DNA of 64,000 bases from Amoebophrya sp. A120 (lineage: Eukaryota; Protista; Dinoflagellata): positions 860,722 through 924,721 of the forward strand of contig CAJINV010000017.1 of the NCBI GenBank assembly GCA_905178155.1, written 5' to 3'. Made by a program: the position numbers and the translations under genes. A model generated the notes under the pieces. It was not told the DNA's origin and did not search any database. It was given only the letters and a program-made list of their open reading frames with translations. Of this stretch, positions 1-11,519 are shown in pieces; the stretch's first letter is position 1, and each line of letters opens with the position of its first letter.

Positions 1-991
1 GTACTACATTGGGCAGCAAGTGCAGATGTTTGTCCTGATCAGCGAGGACGGGGCGCAGATACGAAGCTTCTGTAGCTCAGAATTCAACCTGGACCCGCCC
101 GCGCCCGACTCCTTTCAGGGACAGCCGAGAAATAGTACAGCTTTTCTAGAATATGATCGCGTTCATGTTTTTTCAGAGCTTTGCTACGTCATGAAGATGA
201 ATGGCGCATCCAAATTCACTTTAGAAAAAAAGGAAACTCCTTGCTCTACTCGGAGTGCATGTTCTTGGAAGTGGATAGTGTTTGACTATGACTATGATGA
301 AAATTGTGACACTTCTAGGTTTTGCGATTTGCACTTTGAAAGTTTGGATTTACATTCCGCACATACAACAACTACAGAGGAGCACGTCTACAAAGCGGTA
401 TTCCGCGTGAACGATGGCACGTTGACGATTCTGCCCGACCTCCTCAAGCCAATAGACCTCGGCCCCCCTGTATCCTGTGGAAAAACGTCCCCACCCCATG
501 CATGTCATGCAAATATATCTGCTTCAACTGCAACGTCCCTAGCTGTAGTTAGTAGGGACTCCCTACTAACTACAGCGTTTGTTTCTCATGCACCGCCCCA
601 ACATTCTCTGTTGCTGTTTTGGAGCTAATGCTAAGATTAGGATTAGGTGTAGGTGATCTGATTAATAATTTAGGATGCGACTGTACTTGCTAAACACTAC
701 ACGATGACGCTGCGAGCTGCCCGTCAAACGAACCTGTGATGCGCAACACCCAAAGTTTCTTGGTTTGTCTATAGTGGAAAATACTCCAGCATCTTGACTC
801 GGGTGTGGGGACGTTTTTGCGCAGGATACCCTGCGGGCGTCATGGCACACGCGCAGGAATGGCACAAAGTGATCGATGTGTCCCACTCAGAGCCCGAAAT
901 CTATAACACTTTCCCGCACCTGCGGCAGATCCAGGACCAAATAAACAGAGGCGCCCACAAACTGCCGGCGCTCGCAGCGCCGGTGGTGTAA
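1..991 (+). CDS. 3' part of a hypothetical protein gene (5'-truncated, spliced)
   Basis: GC-rich exon blocks. Probable GT-AG intron at 135-377. Removing the introner at 471-828 plus 5 nt (363 nt) joins ...PIDLGP to PAGVMAHAQEWH...APVV* in frame. No family recognised. Confidence 0.6.
471..828. mobile_element. TIR introner (non-canonical intron), family A
   Basis: TIR tatcctgtggaaaaacgtccccac / gtggggacgtttttgcgcaggata; perfect DR ccctg at 466-470 and 829-833; removal restores frame. Confidence 0.9.
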
Positions 992-2091
992 CTCGTCGCA
1001 GCTCGCTACTTTTCGCCATACTACTCGAGTAGGAGCCTCGAAGTTTGACATATGAGATTGAAACTGACAGCACAGGACAGCGACAATGTAAGCGGTTGGC
1101 TTATTTGTTCCAACGCAAAGAACGAGGAGCCGGCTCAGTTGGGGGCTCAAAGTGCAGCCGTGTTGTGATTTTGCTTCCGATGTTCGTCGCACATGGAATT
1201 GTGGGGCACAACAGCTTCTAAAGATCAGAAGCGTATTTCATATTTTGCCGGTCTCACTCTCAGCATTATTCTCGCCCCCCATTTTTGAGGCAGCGTTTTT
1301 CGGTCGCAGAGCTGTGCTGCGCAAGAACAAAAAGAAGTTCGCACGAAGGGTTTTCGGAAAGCTGCTGAAAAGCAAGGACTCTTTACCTCATCGTTTCGGT
1401 TCAAGCGCCACGTTGTTTGACAGGAAAATATCGGTCGTCAGTTGAATTATACAGTAGCTCCTGCAGCATGCGAACCAGCTGCATGAACCTCTGGCTCTGT
1501 ACGTAGCATGGTCCTCGGTTCATCCGTCAGGCGTAGTTTATAGCCGCGAAACAGTGGTCGGTATGTCACTCTGTCTTCGTGTCTCGGTTTTTCACAACTC
1601 GTGCAATGCAATCAATGAACGAATGAAGAGTACTACTTAAGTACAACTAAGTGTCTTCGGTCTCGTGCAGCAGCAAATAAGAAGAAGAAACGTCGGCGTG
1701 GTCACATCGTTCAAGAACTTGAATCTCCGTTTCGTTCGCTTCGTAGTACGTCTACGTCCATGCAATTGCAGTACATAGTTAGAATAACTTTGCTAAACTC
1801 ACGTTTTGGTAGCTCTTAAATTTTTCGCGCCTAAAACTAAATTGATACCCACAGTGATTTTGTGATTTTTGTACAAGTTTTTGACCACACGACCCCCATT
1901 TCATTTCTGACCCAACTTTGTAGTTTTTCAACAAACGACGTCAGTCACATACGGAGCAGGAGTGACCCGCCGAAGAACAACTACGCAGTCTACATTTTCG
2001 ATTCTTTCGTGAAACTTTTGCCTTTTCTTCTCGCTCCTGAACTCCGTTCCACCTCAATGGAGGTGGTCGTGCCTGAAATTTCTCGTATTGA

Positions 2092-4638
2092 ATGACGACC
2101 GTTCGACGGCACAACGCGGTCCGCCAACGACGTTCGCCACGACAGAGCAACTACTCTTCTTCTTCTTTTGCTAGCACCTCGTCCCGAGTGATTTCTACTT
2201 TCCGGCAGCACAACCGGATCTTCAACTTTCAAATCTCCCCCTTCTCGGTGTGTATCAAACTTTTCTCCTTTCTGAACCTGCAGCTGATCTTATGACAGTA
2301 CACAACTCCACCCCCTCCCCCTCATTTATTATGCACAGTACCCATTCCACCCTTCGCCTCGTGGCATTGTTTGCATGACAAGTTCTGGTCGCCCAAATAA
2401 CACTATACTCCAGTGCAAATTTGTCATGCAAAACCGGCATTCTTGCTGATGCTTGTATTGCCGTTCATGCTATACAAATGAGTTCGAGGGGGAGTTGTGC
2501 ACTGTTATAGATGTACGACCTGTTCTGGACGATTGTGAAGATGGACTCCGCCAACTACGACAGCAACCCCGCGGTGGCCCCGGCCGCCGGGAACTTTTTG
2601 GAGCACAAAATCAAGGTGGCGGTGGCGGCGACCAACAGCGAAAATCTCGCCCACACCTCCTGGACCGCCAGTTCCTACTCCGACACGCCGCTGCAGGACT
2701 TGGCGGCGGGGCAGCTGCTGAACGTGTACATCATCGCCGGGTACTTCACTTTCCAACTGGTCGCGGCCAGCTACCTGATCTACGCGGGGCACAAGGCCAG
2801 CAACGGCATGCGGTTTTTGACCGGGATGAGCTGCGCGGGGCTGCCATTTCTCGGGTTCCCGGAGTACTTCGTGATATCCTGAGTAAAAACGTACCCACAC
2901 CAGAGTTGTAATGCAGATTTGCAAAGACAGGAAGTGGAAGACTTGTAGTGCGCATCCCCATGAGAGCCATTTCCAATCGTGTTTTGAAATTTGTGATGCT
3001 GTGAACAGGGTGAGCAGATGAATCTGTGACGCGGCTGCACTTGCTAACCTGCACTACACTGCAAAGTGCAACTTGTCATGCGTGACTCACAAAACTCCTA
3101 GGTTTGTGTTGCAAAATCCCCATCCTGACTCTGGTGTGGGTACGTTTTTACTCAGGATACGTGAACGCGCTGTGCCAGTGCGGCCTGATGTACAGTGCGG
3201 GGATTCCGCTCTTTTTTACCATCGTCTTCCTCTGCCAGTGCCTCGGGGGGCTGTTCCTGGTGCTCGTCCCCGAGCAAACGCTGATGCTCAACGCGGCCGG
3301 GTTCGGGTGGATGATCGGCTACCTGTGCTGGATGCCGCTCCGCCGCCTCGTCTTCCTCTGCATCTACGGTTCCGGCAACAGCCAGAGCGACTTCTCGCTC
3401 GATTCCCTCACCGGCCTGACGTCGGGCAACGTGGCGGAAACGGACCGGGCCATCGCGCGGCAGTTCTTTCTGATGAGCTGGATGGACATCGGCGCCCTGG
3501 TGTTCGCGATCGCCTTCGCCGTCGCGGCGGCCGTGCGGGTCGTGCGCACGCACGTCGTCATTTACCCCTTCCTGCTCTCCTTCACCTACGCATTCGCGTT
3601 TACCGGCGCCCTGGTCGAGCTCTGCGTCGTCATCAGCTACTTTCTGTATAAATAGTCGTGGATGATTTGTTAATATTTAGTATCATTTTTAATATCCATT
3701 CGCAACTCGCGCACGACCTACGCACCAGCAATACGAAGAGGAATCTCGATAGAATGAGCATAGAAAATGGAATTTTTCATGCTGTTTTAGCTTGGGAAGG
3801 AAAATTCTCTTGCAGGATTGCGATAAAATAAAAGATTGAATTGTCAAAATAACTCACTGCCATTCTAACAGCGTTCCCTTCCACAAGGAATCGATGCACG
3901 ACCTGACGGCCGAGGACGTGCTCCGCGGGTTCGCGGACTTAAACACCCGCACCATTGTACACGTGGGTTTTGGGTGGCGGACCACGTTTTTCTGGACCTT
4001 GCCGTCATTCTACTCCGGCTTCCGCGCACCAGCGATGATTGTAGCGGCGAGCGACGTATGATCTATTACTATATACGATTTTCAAGAACTACATCTGGTG
4101 GACGTGATGATTTTATAGTACGCGTTTTAGTTTTACGTGTCAATTTGAACTCGACCACGTTTGCGACCGTGGGTTCGCCCCCTACAGGGATGTGTCACGA
4201 CACTGCAGGCTTCTACAGTAAATGTCGATGATATTTTTACCAAACCATGTTCGATGAAGTAGGACATTCATCAAGAAGAAGGTGCCCAATCAAATCCTTC
4301 ATCTTCCTCTTCGAATTCTACCTATACAGGGCGCTCTGGGTCGAGCCAATGACGTGCGGCGCGGGATCCTTACCGAGTACGCGAGTCCGGCTAACCACCA
4401 GGTGCTGGATTGCTTGATTCCCTTCATCTTCGCGGGTATTATGCTTTACCTCGCCATGTGTGCGGCGCTCATCCGATTGGCGGACACGATTCCAAAGGAC
4501 CCCGAGGAAGTGGACCGTGTCAGTTCCGCGACCGCGTTGAAATCTTTGAACAAAAGCGGCGTATCAGCAAGTGGCTACAACAGCACGGTAAATAAGAGCA
4601 GTACCCGGATGAAAAGCAGCACCAGAAGGGGGAGCTAA
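2092..4638 (+). CDS. Polytopic membrane protein, paralogue 1 of a tandem family (5 exons)
   Basis: Introners at 2291 and 2875 plus GT-AG introns 3646-3871 and 4056-4329 give one frame (…LQLI|YDLFW…FPEYFV|NALCQ…ELCVVISYFL|VPFHK…STRRGS*). Many hydrophobic segments; aligns by eye with the genes at 6471 and 11520. Confidence 0.75.
2291..2509. mobile_element. TIR introner, family B (tatga..gtgcac ends)
   Basis: TIR tatgacagtacacaactcc / ggagttgtgcactgttata; DR gatct/gatgt; in-frame join. Confidence 0.85.
2875..3159. mobile_element. TIR introner, family A, young copy
   Basis: Perfect 32-bp TIR tatcctgagtaaaaacgtacccacaccagagt; perfect DR cgtga at 2870-2874 and 3160-3164; removing 290 nt joins ORF 2511 to ORF 3104. 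Confidence 0.95.
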
Positions 4639-6470
4639 GAATGATAAGATGGAAAGAGAAAGTACAGAACCTTGTACAGTGGACACTTTGGAGTTGTAGT
4701 TCATCTACAACAACTTCGTGTCTAGAGCTTGACCCGCACGACCCGTATCTCACCGAGGATACAACTTGAAAAAAAAGAAAAACGGACAGTATTGAGGAAT
4801 TGGGAAAGGTGTAGTTGAAACTGTACAACAAGCAAGACACTCCCTGTCGTCGCGACGACTGCTGAGACTGGTGTTGCGTTTGTTGTTTCAATCTTCAATC
4901 AATGTGCCTTTTCATCGCGAAGATCACCGATACTCGTACAGTAGAAGCAGTACTAGAAGTTTGTTATGTTGTTCAGGACAAGAACGTCAAGTGCTGACGT
5001 AGTTGTAGTTCTTAAAGTTTGAGTCGGAATAAAAATCTTGTACAGATTTCATCATTTTCACATTCATTTGCATCTGCCATCGCAAAGTATTTTTTCAGTT
5101 CTATTTACACAGATTTCCAGATTTACTTTTTTCGCACTGTCATGGTTTTGGTTTTCTAATTAATTTTGTTACATTGTCACACTTACATAAAATTTATCAC
5201 ATAGATACAACTTCTTATTCACCGTGTTTTGTTCGCTCTAGTAGAATTTCTAAAGATTCCTTTACGAATGTTGATAAACAACACCCCGATCATCTTTTTC
5301 AGCTCGAACCAAAAGGGAGAAAGCGTCTCTATTGGAAAATCAACACGACCAGAATTAGAGAAAAGGAGGAGTACAACGAATTTGAGACGCGTGTCTGTAG
5401 TCAGCTATGCCATGCCATCAAGCCCCGAAATTGAATAAATTCTTCGGCGCAGGACCTCTAGACCTAGGATCTACATAGAAGCGCTGGTGCCAAAGAAGCA
5501 AGAACAGCGGAACAAGTGGGGAGCAAAAACAACACCAGTAGGCAGGCACTACAAGACTTCACCACCACGAGACCACAAAGAGGAAATTTTTGGTAGGCTG
5601 AATCTGAAACAGTAAGAGAATAAATTCAAATCATATAACGTACGAACATCAGCGAGTTGGAGTTGCGCAACCGCAACTGGACCCACTGCAGCACTTGCAG
5701 CCATGCGCAGTGGGGCAGCAGGAGATGCTGAGTTCTTGTAGCCGTTCGTCTTCGTTTGTTCAAAGATAAAGTTGACCATTTGCATCGAGGAACTCCTTGC
5801 CTTCCGTAGAACAGCCGTTTCTGTAGAACATCAACGACACTAGGTCATCAACATAGATATGTATCAGTTCATCTGTGCGTGGTTTTTTACCGTGGTCTGC
5901 AGGAACTGTGACGGTCCTTCGTGCCGTGTATGAGACGTGGTCCTAGATGAAAAAAAAAACGGACTACAGGAAAGTTGTGGAATTGCGCGACAAAAAATTG
6001 GTTGGCTCTCGAGGGGGGATTTCTAGTCGTATCGTCATTTTTGCATTTTGTTTCGCTTTCGTCCAAAGACCTCGTGATTGATATCGATGATCGTGGGTCG
6101 CGCTCACGTTTTTACGGAAAAGTTACTCCCAGGACAGTACACAGTCCGTCGCAAAAATCGTATCTACTAGAAGATGTACAACTTCTTCGATTTTTCGTCG
6201 TTTCATATACAAGAACTTCGGGGATTTTCGTGCGAGCAATGGGGCGGATGTGCTGGCCGAGATGTTGATCCTTCAAGTTCAATCTCAATATCAAAAAGGC
6301 AAGATGTCAAACAAGGAAAATGTCCTCGACGTTTTGAAGAACTAGACGATCAAATGCAATGCAGTACAACTAGGCACGAGCCCTTCACATCAATCTTAGG
6401 GGTAGACGTTCGTTGTTTCTGAGTAAATATAAAGGAAACTACGTACTAGCCGAGAGTAGAAAAAACGCAA

Positions 6471-9400
6471 ATGGATTCTGTTTACCTCGACACCCCGACG
6501 ATACAGGACTTTGTCCGTTTCGCCGGGCTCTCCGGGGACATCGAGGCTGAGACCGTCCCGAAGTTTGGCACGCAGGGCTCCCGTGTGGCAACGACCTTTG
6601 GCTTGCCGAAAGGGGCCGCGCACATGTCCGAGATTTTGCGATCCTTCGTGACGGCGTCGGACGTTGCAAGCTTTGTGACCATCGTCTTGTACATTGTGCT
6701 GGCAGGCATCGGTATAAAAGTTCTCGCACAATAGGCCTTTCATAATTTTCATTTTCTTTGCGGGCACTGTAAAGTATGTTGCATTTGTGTTTGTTGTAAT
6801 TCATCCGGCATATTGTGCATCTTTCTACATGTAGGTGTTGCCGAAGAATGCATGAGATGAACTCAGTTGATGCTGAATATTTTCATGAATATGCGCACCA
6901 TGCAAACAATTCTGATTCAGCGACCTACTTGATCTACGTGGGGAGCAAGGCACCAAGGATGTCCCGTTTCCTCATTGGGTCCTTGTTTGGCGGTTTGGTT
7001 CTCATGGAATTTCCGACCTACTTCGTCGCTCCGTTAGCAGAGATCCGGGCGGGAAATTCGGTGGTCCCGGTAAAAAAAACTGTAGTTTTCGATGCGATTG
7101 TTGATACTTTTTTGCGTTTCGCGACTGTAAGCAACAGGATGCTGTGAAGCAAGTTGGACTGGTGCGATGTGCGAGACGTAGATGAAAAAGCAGATGATTT
7201 TTGATTTGAACAAAAAAGGAGAAAAACGATTGTTGTTGTTCATCAGAAAAATAAACGAAACAGCTCTACGTCTTCATCCTGGTGGTCTGCTGCGTTGCGC
7301 ACGGATACTATCTGACCAACTATCCACAGAAAAAAAAAACACATCCGATCTGTCATGCAAAAGTACGAAGCACATCGCCAGTGCGTCTTTGTGATGCAAA
7401 TGTGGATCACGGGGATCGGATTGATTTTTTTCTGCGGATAACAGGAATGCAGAATCTAAAAGCTTGATACTGGCATCGGTAGTCCTGGCTTGGTTCGCCA
7501 TAATATGAGAGTGCACCACTTCCCCTCTCGTTCATGATTTGCAAGTAAGGCATGAGCAGCAATACAAACACCAGCGAACCACCTAGACGAGCCTCTGCAT
7601 GAAAACATGTTCCTGCTTTGACTGTAGTACTGTTTCAGCTCCTTCCGGAATTTGTCATGCAAACAGTGCCAAAGGAGGGCAGCGACCGGATTTGGTATTG
7701 ATTTATTTGTAAGTATGTACTTACAACTACAAAAGTAAAGGAGAGGGAGGGGAAAAGTGCACTCTCATACTTCAGTCTAGTGTGGAGGATTGTGTTTCAA
7801 TCCTCCCAGTACGCACTGCTAGTCATATCGAATGCAAATTTTGTGTCTGGGTCTGAAAAGATAAAGAGCGTGATAGTTGGGTTTGTTTGCTAACGCGCTT
7901 AAGCATGTTGACAAATTTTGTTTAAGGGACGCGTATTTCTCATGTGTAGTCTGCATTACTTAGGAGCAAAGGCAAACGTGTTGTGTAGTTTCTTGCTTCT
8001 GTAATTATACTGGATTTTATTCAAGGACGCGTAGAAGTCGAGACGAGCAATTTAAGTACAGGTTCGGCTTGATTTTGATGTTCCAGACCCGGACATCTTT
8101 GTAGTGGATGAAACAGCCCCGGAGACAAGAAGGAGATGTATGACACAACTACCAGTATGGAAATGCTTGCGGTATTTCTATTTTCATTTTGAATTCATTG
8201 ACGAGATGAAGTATTCCTGTTGTTGTTGCTCTTGTGAAGATCATGTGAAGATCACGAGTCGTGCTGCCGTGAATTGAAGCTTTAAATGAAATAAAAGCAA
8301 TGAAATCATAACAGCCCGCCTACTTTTCGATCGCCTCCTGGTCGCACTTGGTGCTTGACGCGTTTCGACTCACCGTCTTGACGGTCGGCGCCTTCTTCTT
8401 CGCATCGTGGACAACGACCCACCCCAAAAAAAACGTTTTCTACATTCGCATTCTCGCCGCTATCTACAGTTACGTGCTCACCTACGGCCTTGCCGAGGTC
8501 TGTGTCGCCGTCGGGTATGCTCTAGTGCAGAAGGCCAACTCGAGCGACCCGGAAGAGGGACGGATTTTCCAAAGTCTGCGGGCGTACCAGAACCACACGA
8601 TTTCCAACGTCGGTTTCTCATTTACCAGCCTGTTCCACGCCCGCCTGACCACGCCTTTCCGAGCGATTCGAGCTATTCCAGCGATGGTGGCCTTCTACGG
8701 ACTCGACGGTAAAAGACATTGATTTTGATAAATTCATTAACCATGATGACCTCCACAGCAGGACCGGAGGTGTTTATTTTAGTAGAAGTTTAATATTTCA
8801 AACAGAAGAAAACATGATAAGTACCTGCGGAGAACCGCGAGAAGCTGTTTTATCATACTTTCATAACGATCACACGAAGAACTACTTACAATGAATAAAG
8901 GTTCCAGCGGGCTGACCCATGAGCACGGGAAATATGCTATCCATGGCAAATATGCAATATGGGTCTGGAAGAATGTGAGACATTTGTCACGCTATTCTGG
9001 CACGAATCTGATGTCTGTATTGCGTGGCCACGAAGAGCTTCCCCGGCCTGTCATGCAAAAACGCACCCTTATTTCATGCGGAACACGCAACACCGAGCCT
9101 AGCCACAAAAAAACCTGTCATGCTTAATAGCGGTGCATCATGAGCATGACAGACAGTTTGTTTTGTGATTCACTGAGTTGCTGTTGTTCAGCATCACAAC
9201 AACTCTCTAGACCCAGAGATATTTTCAGTTGATATCTGCCGCGAAAATAGTGAACCAGTGGTACGAGTCCCCGGGCTTCCTCAGCTCCCTGCCGGCCCAT
9301 TGCTATGGCGCTCTCAAATGTTACATTCGCATGACAAGTTTGCTTTTTCCATGCAGCGGCCCCACTTCTAGAAAGATATGAGCATAATTGAAACCCACGA

Positions 9401-10069
9401 CCTTCCCAAATCTGTATATGCAAGACGCACATCAAGTAGAACAGCAAAGTCCCCCCCTCTCACTTTTCCTAGTCTTGTGCCAACATCACGATAAAAAGTC
9501 CATGTAAAAAGCAAGACAGTAGTCAATGTAACACTTGAGAACTGCCGCCCCATAACTGCCTGCTGGTGTTTCTCTTTTTCAGCATGTACCTGTTCACGGC
9601 AAACCGACTGGAGAGGTTGGCAGCCGGGCTGCCAGGCGGATTCTTCGGCGGCAGGGGCTCCGTCGGTCTGCTGGAGTTGAGTCCCGACGAGTATTCGCAG
9701 ATGGAAGCCGCAATGAGCTCAGGCGCCTTCCCGTCCGCCCTCCCGCCGGACGCGCCACCGAGCCACACCGTGATCGCCACCAAGTCCGGCCAAGTGCCGC
9801 TGCAGCGGGCCTCGAAAGCCGCGGGGCGGGCGACGAGAGGGATGCCGAGTACCTACGCGCCTTCGGAGCCGGGGATGGGCGACGAGGACTTGCCCGGGAT
9901 GATGAGTATGGAACCCCCACCGAGCAGCATGCAGGAAGAACCGGAGGACGACTACGAAGAAGAACCAACCTCGACCGCTGATGCCGCTGCCCCGAAAGCA
10001 GCTACCACGACCACGACGTCGTCGAGTAACCGTGCGTCCAGAGGAAGCCGCAAGTCGAGGAACAAATAG
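6471..10069 (+). CDS. Polytopic membrane protein, paralogue 2
   Basis: Exons joined through about 4 GT-AG introns and 5 introners (7321, 7504, 7826, 8938, 9304). TYLIYVGSKA..RFLIG..FPTYFV matches paralogue 1 SYLIYAGHKA..RFLTG..FPEYFV. Low-complexity acidic/Ser tail. Confidence 0.7.
7321..7440. mobile_element. Short TIR introner (120 nt)
   Basis: TIR tatccacagaaaaaaaaaacacatccgatc / gatcggattgatttttttctgcggata; DR decayed (ccaac/acagg) but removing the element plus 5 nt is in frame. Confidence 0.8.
7504..7769. mobile_element. TIR introner, family B
   Basis: TIR tatgagagtgcac / gtgcactctcata; DR cataa/cttca; in-frame join (…WFAI|SLVWRIVF). Confidence 0.85.
7826..8110. mobile_element. TIR introner, family C (tgtctgggtctggaa ends), degenerate
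   Basis: 5' tatcgaatgcaaattttgtgtctgggtctgaaa; 3' ttccagacccggacatctttgtagtggatg; removing element plus 5 nt is in frame. Confidence 0.75.
8938..9234. mobile_element. TIR introner, family C-like
   Basis: 5' tatccatggc…tgggtctggaag; 3' ctagacccagagatattttcagttgata; DR tatgc/tctgc; in frame. Confidence 0.8.
9304..9554. mobile_element. TIR introner (ctcaaatgttacatt type)
   Basis: TIR tatgg..ctcaaatgttacatt / aatgtaacacttgag..ccata; DR attgc/actgc; joins to the ORF 9566 frame. Confidence 0.8.
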
Positions 10070-11519
10070 AGGACATGGTGAACTTGAACTAGTACTATCG
10101 AAGAACAAATTCACACGTTCGACATTCTCTGAAAAAATGCACGTAGGTGAAGATGAAAGACTCGATCACCTACAGGTTCTGGCAATGGTTGTAGTCTCCG
10201 GAGTTCGATATCGATGAATTTACCATCTGTAGCTGTATTAGAAGCTTCTAAGAAGAACAACAAAAAAATTGACTTTATTGACTTTATCCCAAAGAAGCAA
10301 AATCTACGGCCACCACGGGCACTCAACGCACAAAACGACACTAGGGTGAGTGGCTCCGCCAGGCACAGGCTCTTGCAACACAGGAGTGCTGTGCTGTCCC
10401 GGATAGAAGTAGAAGATGGAGTAAGCGTAAACTTAACAAGCGCTGAAACTGCTTTAGTAATTCGAGGATACTACATATGAAAATGCACCTCTATAATCTG
10501 TATGTGTACGTCGATTAGAAGACATCACCTTGTGTTTGTATAAATTAAAATGAGAAAAGATTACTATCACAGCAACAGTCCTTCTTGCCCCCCCCTTGTA
10601 TCACTGCTTACCTGTACCTGTATGACTTGCGAAAGTGAAGAAATTAAAGTGGAAATAATGAAGATTTTGCCCTGCTGCAGGTGCTAAGGAAATAGAGAAA
10701 GACAGACAAAAGCCTACTTTCAAAGAAACGACAGATGACAGGAACGTGTGCCGTGTGAATATTACTTCAAATAACAGATGCACATAGTGGAAATTGAATA
10801 AAATTGAATTTATTTTGGACGACAAAAGGGAATGCAAAAAAGAACGCTAAGGGGGCCTAGCGTGGGACCAATATCATTTACATTTTGATATTGATTTGCA
10901 CCGCAGCTTCGTTCATCTTCTCGCAGGAACATCCTCTTGTCTTCATCTGTTGGTGCTCTGCCTTCCAAGGAACGAGAACAAGACTAGTCGACGTGTTGGA
11001 GAGTTTTGAGTCGAGGACGTGTTGGAGAGCGGTTGCGTTTCGGAGAGCGGTTGCAAATCGTCAATGTCAGAGGATGCTAAATCGCACGCATCTTTCCCAG
11101 ATCGATGAAAGCTAACGCGGTCAACATCTACTCGTGCGTCGTGGATGTTTGTGCAGCTTCATCGTTGTGTAGAAGCATCTGTGCTTTTTATGTGGAGATC
11201 GGGGTCCTCGAGCTCGAAAGGAAGCACGAGAGCAACGAGGAGCGGCGACGGATTGGGCAAAATTGAATTTTTTTTTGTTGGTTTCCAGATATAAGTTCGT
11301 GTCGTCTGAAAAATAAATCCGAGACGCAAGGACTATGCACTTCCTAGCGTAATGCCGGTCTCCTCTTATTGAGACCACGAAAGTTGTTGACGAGCCGTGA
11401 TACTAGTATCGAGAATCTACTTAAATTGTTGCTTTTTTATAAAAAACTACACCTGTTGTAGATTCCCACCGGAAAAACAAAAAGTTTGAGTTCCTGTCTT
11501 CTCTGACGTCCACTGTAAC

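Noticed and set aside
470-829. U12-type (AT-AC) introns as the explanation for the odd boundaries
   Set aside because: Some starts resemble RTATCCT, but most elements lack it, ends are not AC/AG in the frame-restoring register, and TIR plus DR structure explains them better.
2511-2513. ATG start of ORF 2511
   Set aside because: The ATG is part of the downstream DR (gatgt) of the introner at 2291; the frame continues upstream to ATG 2092.
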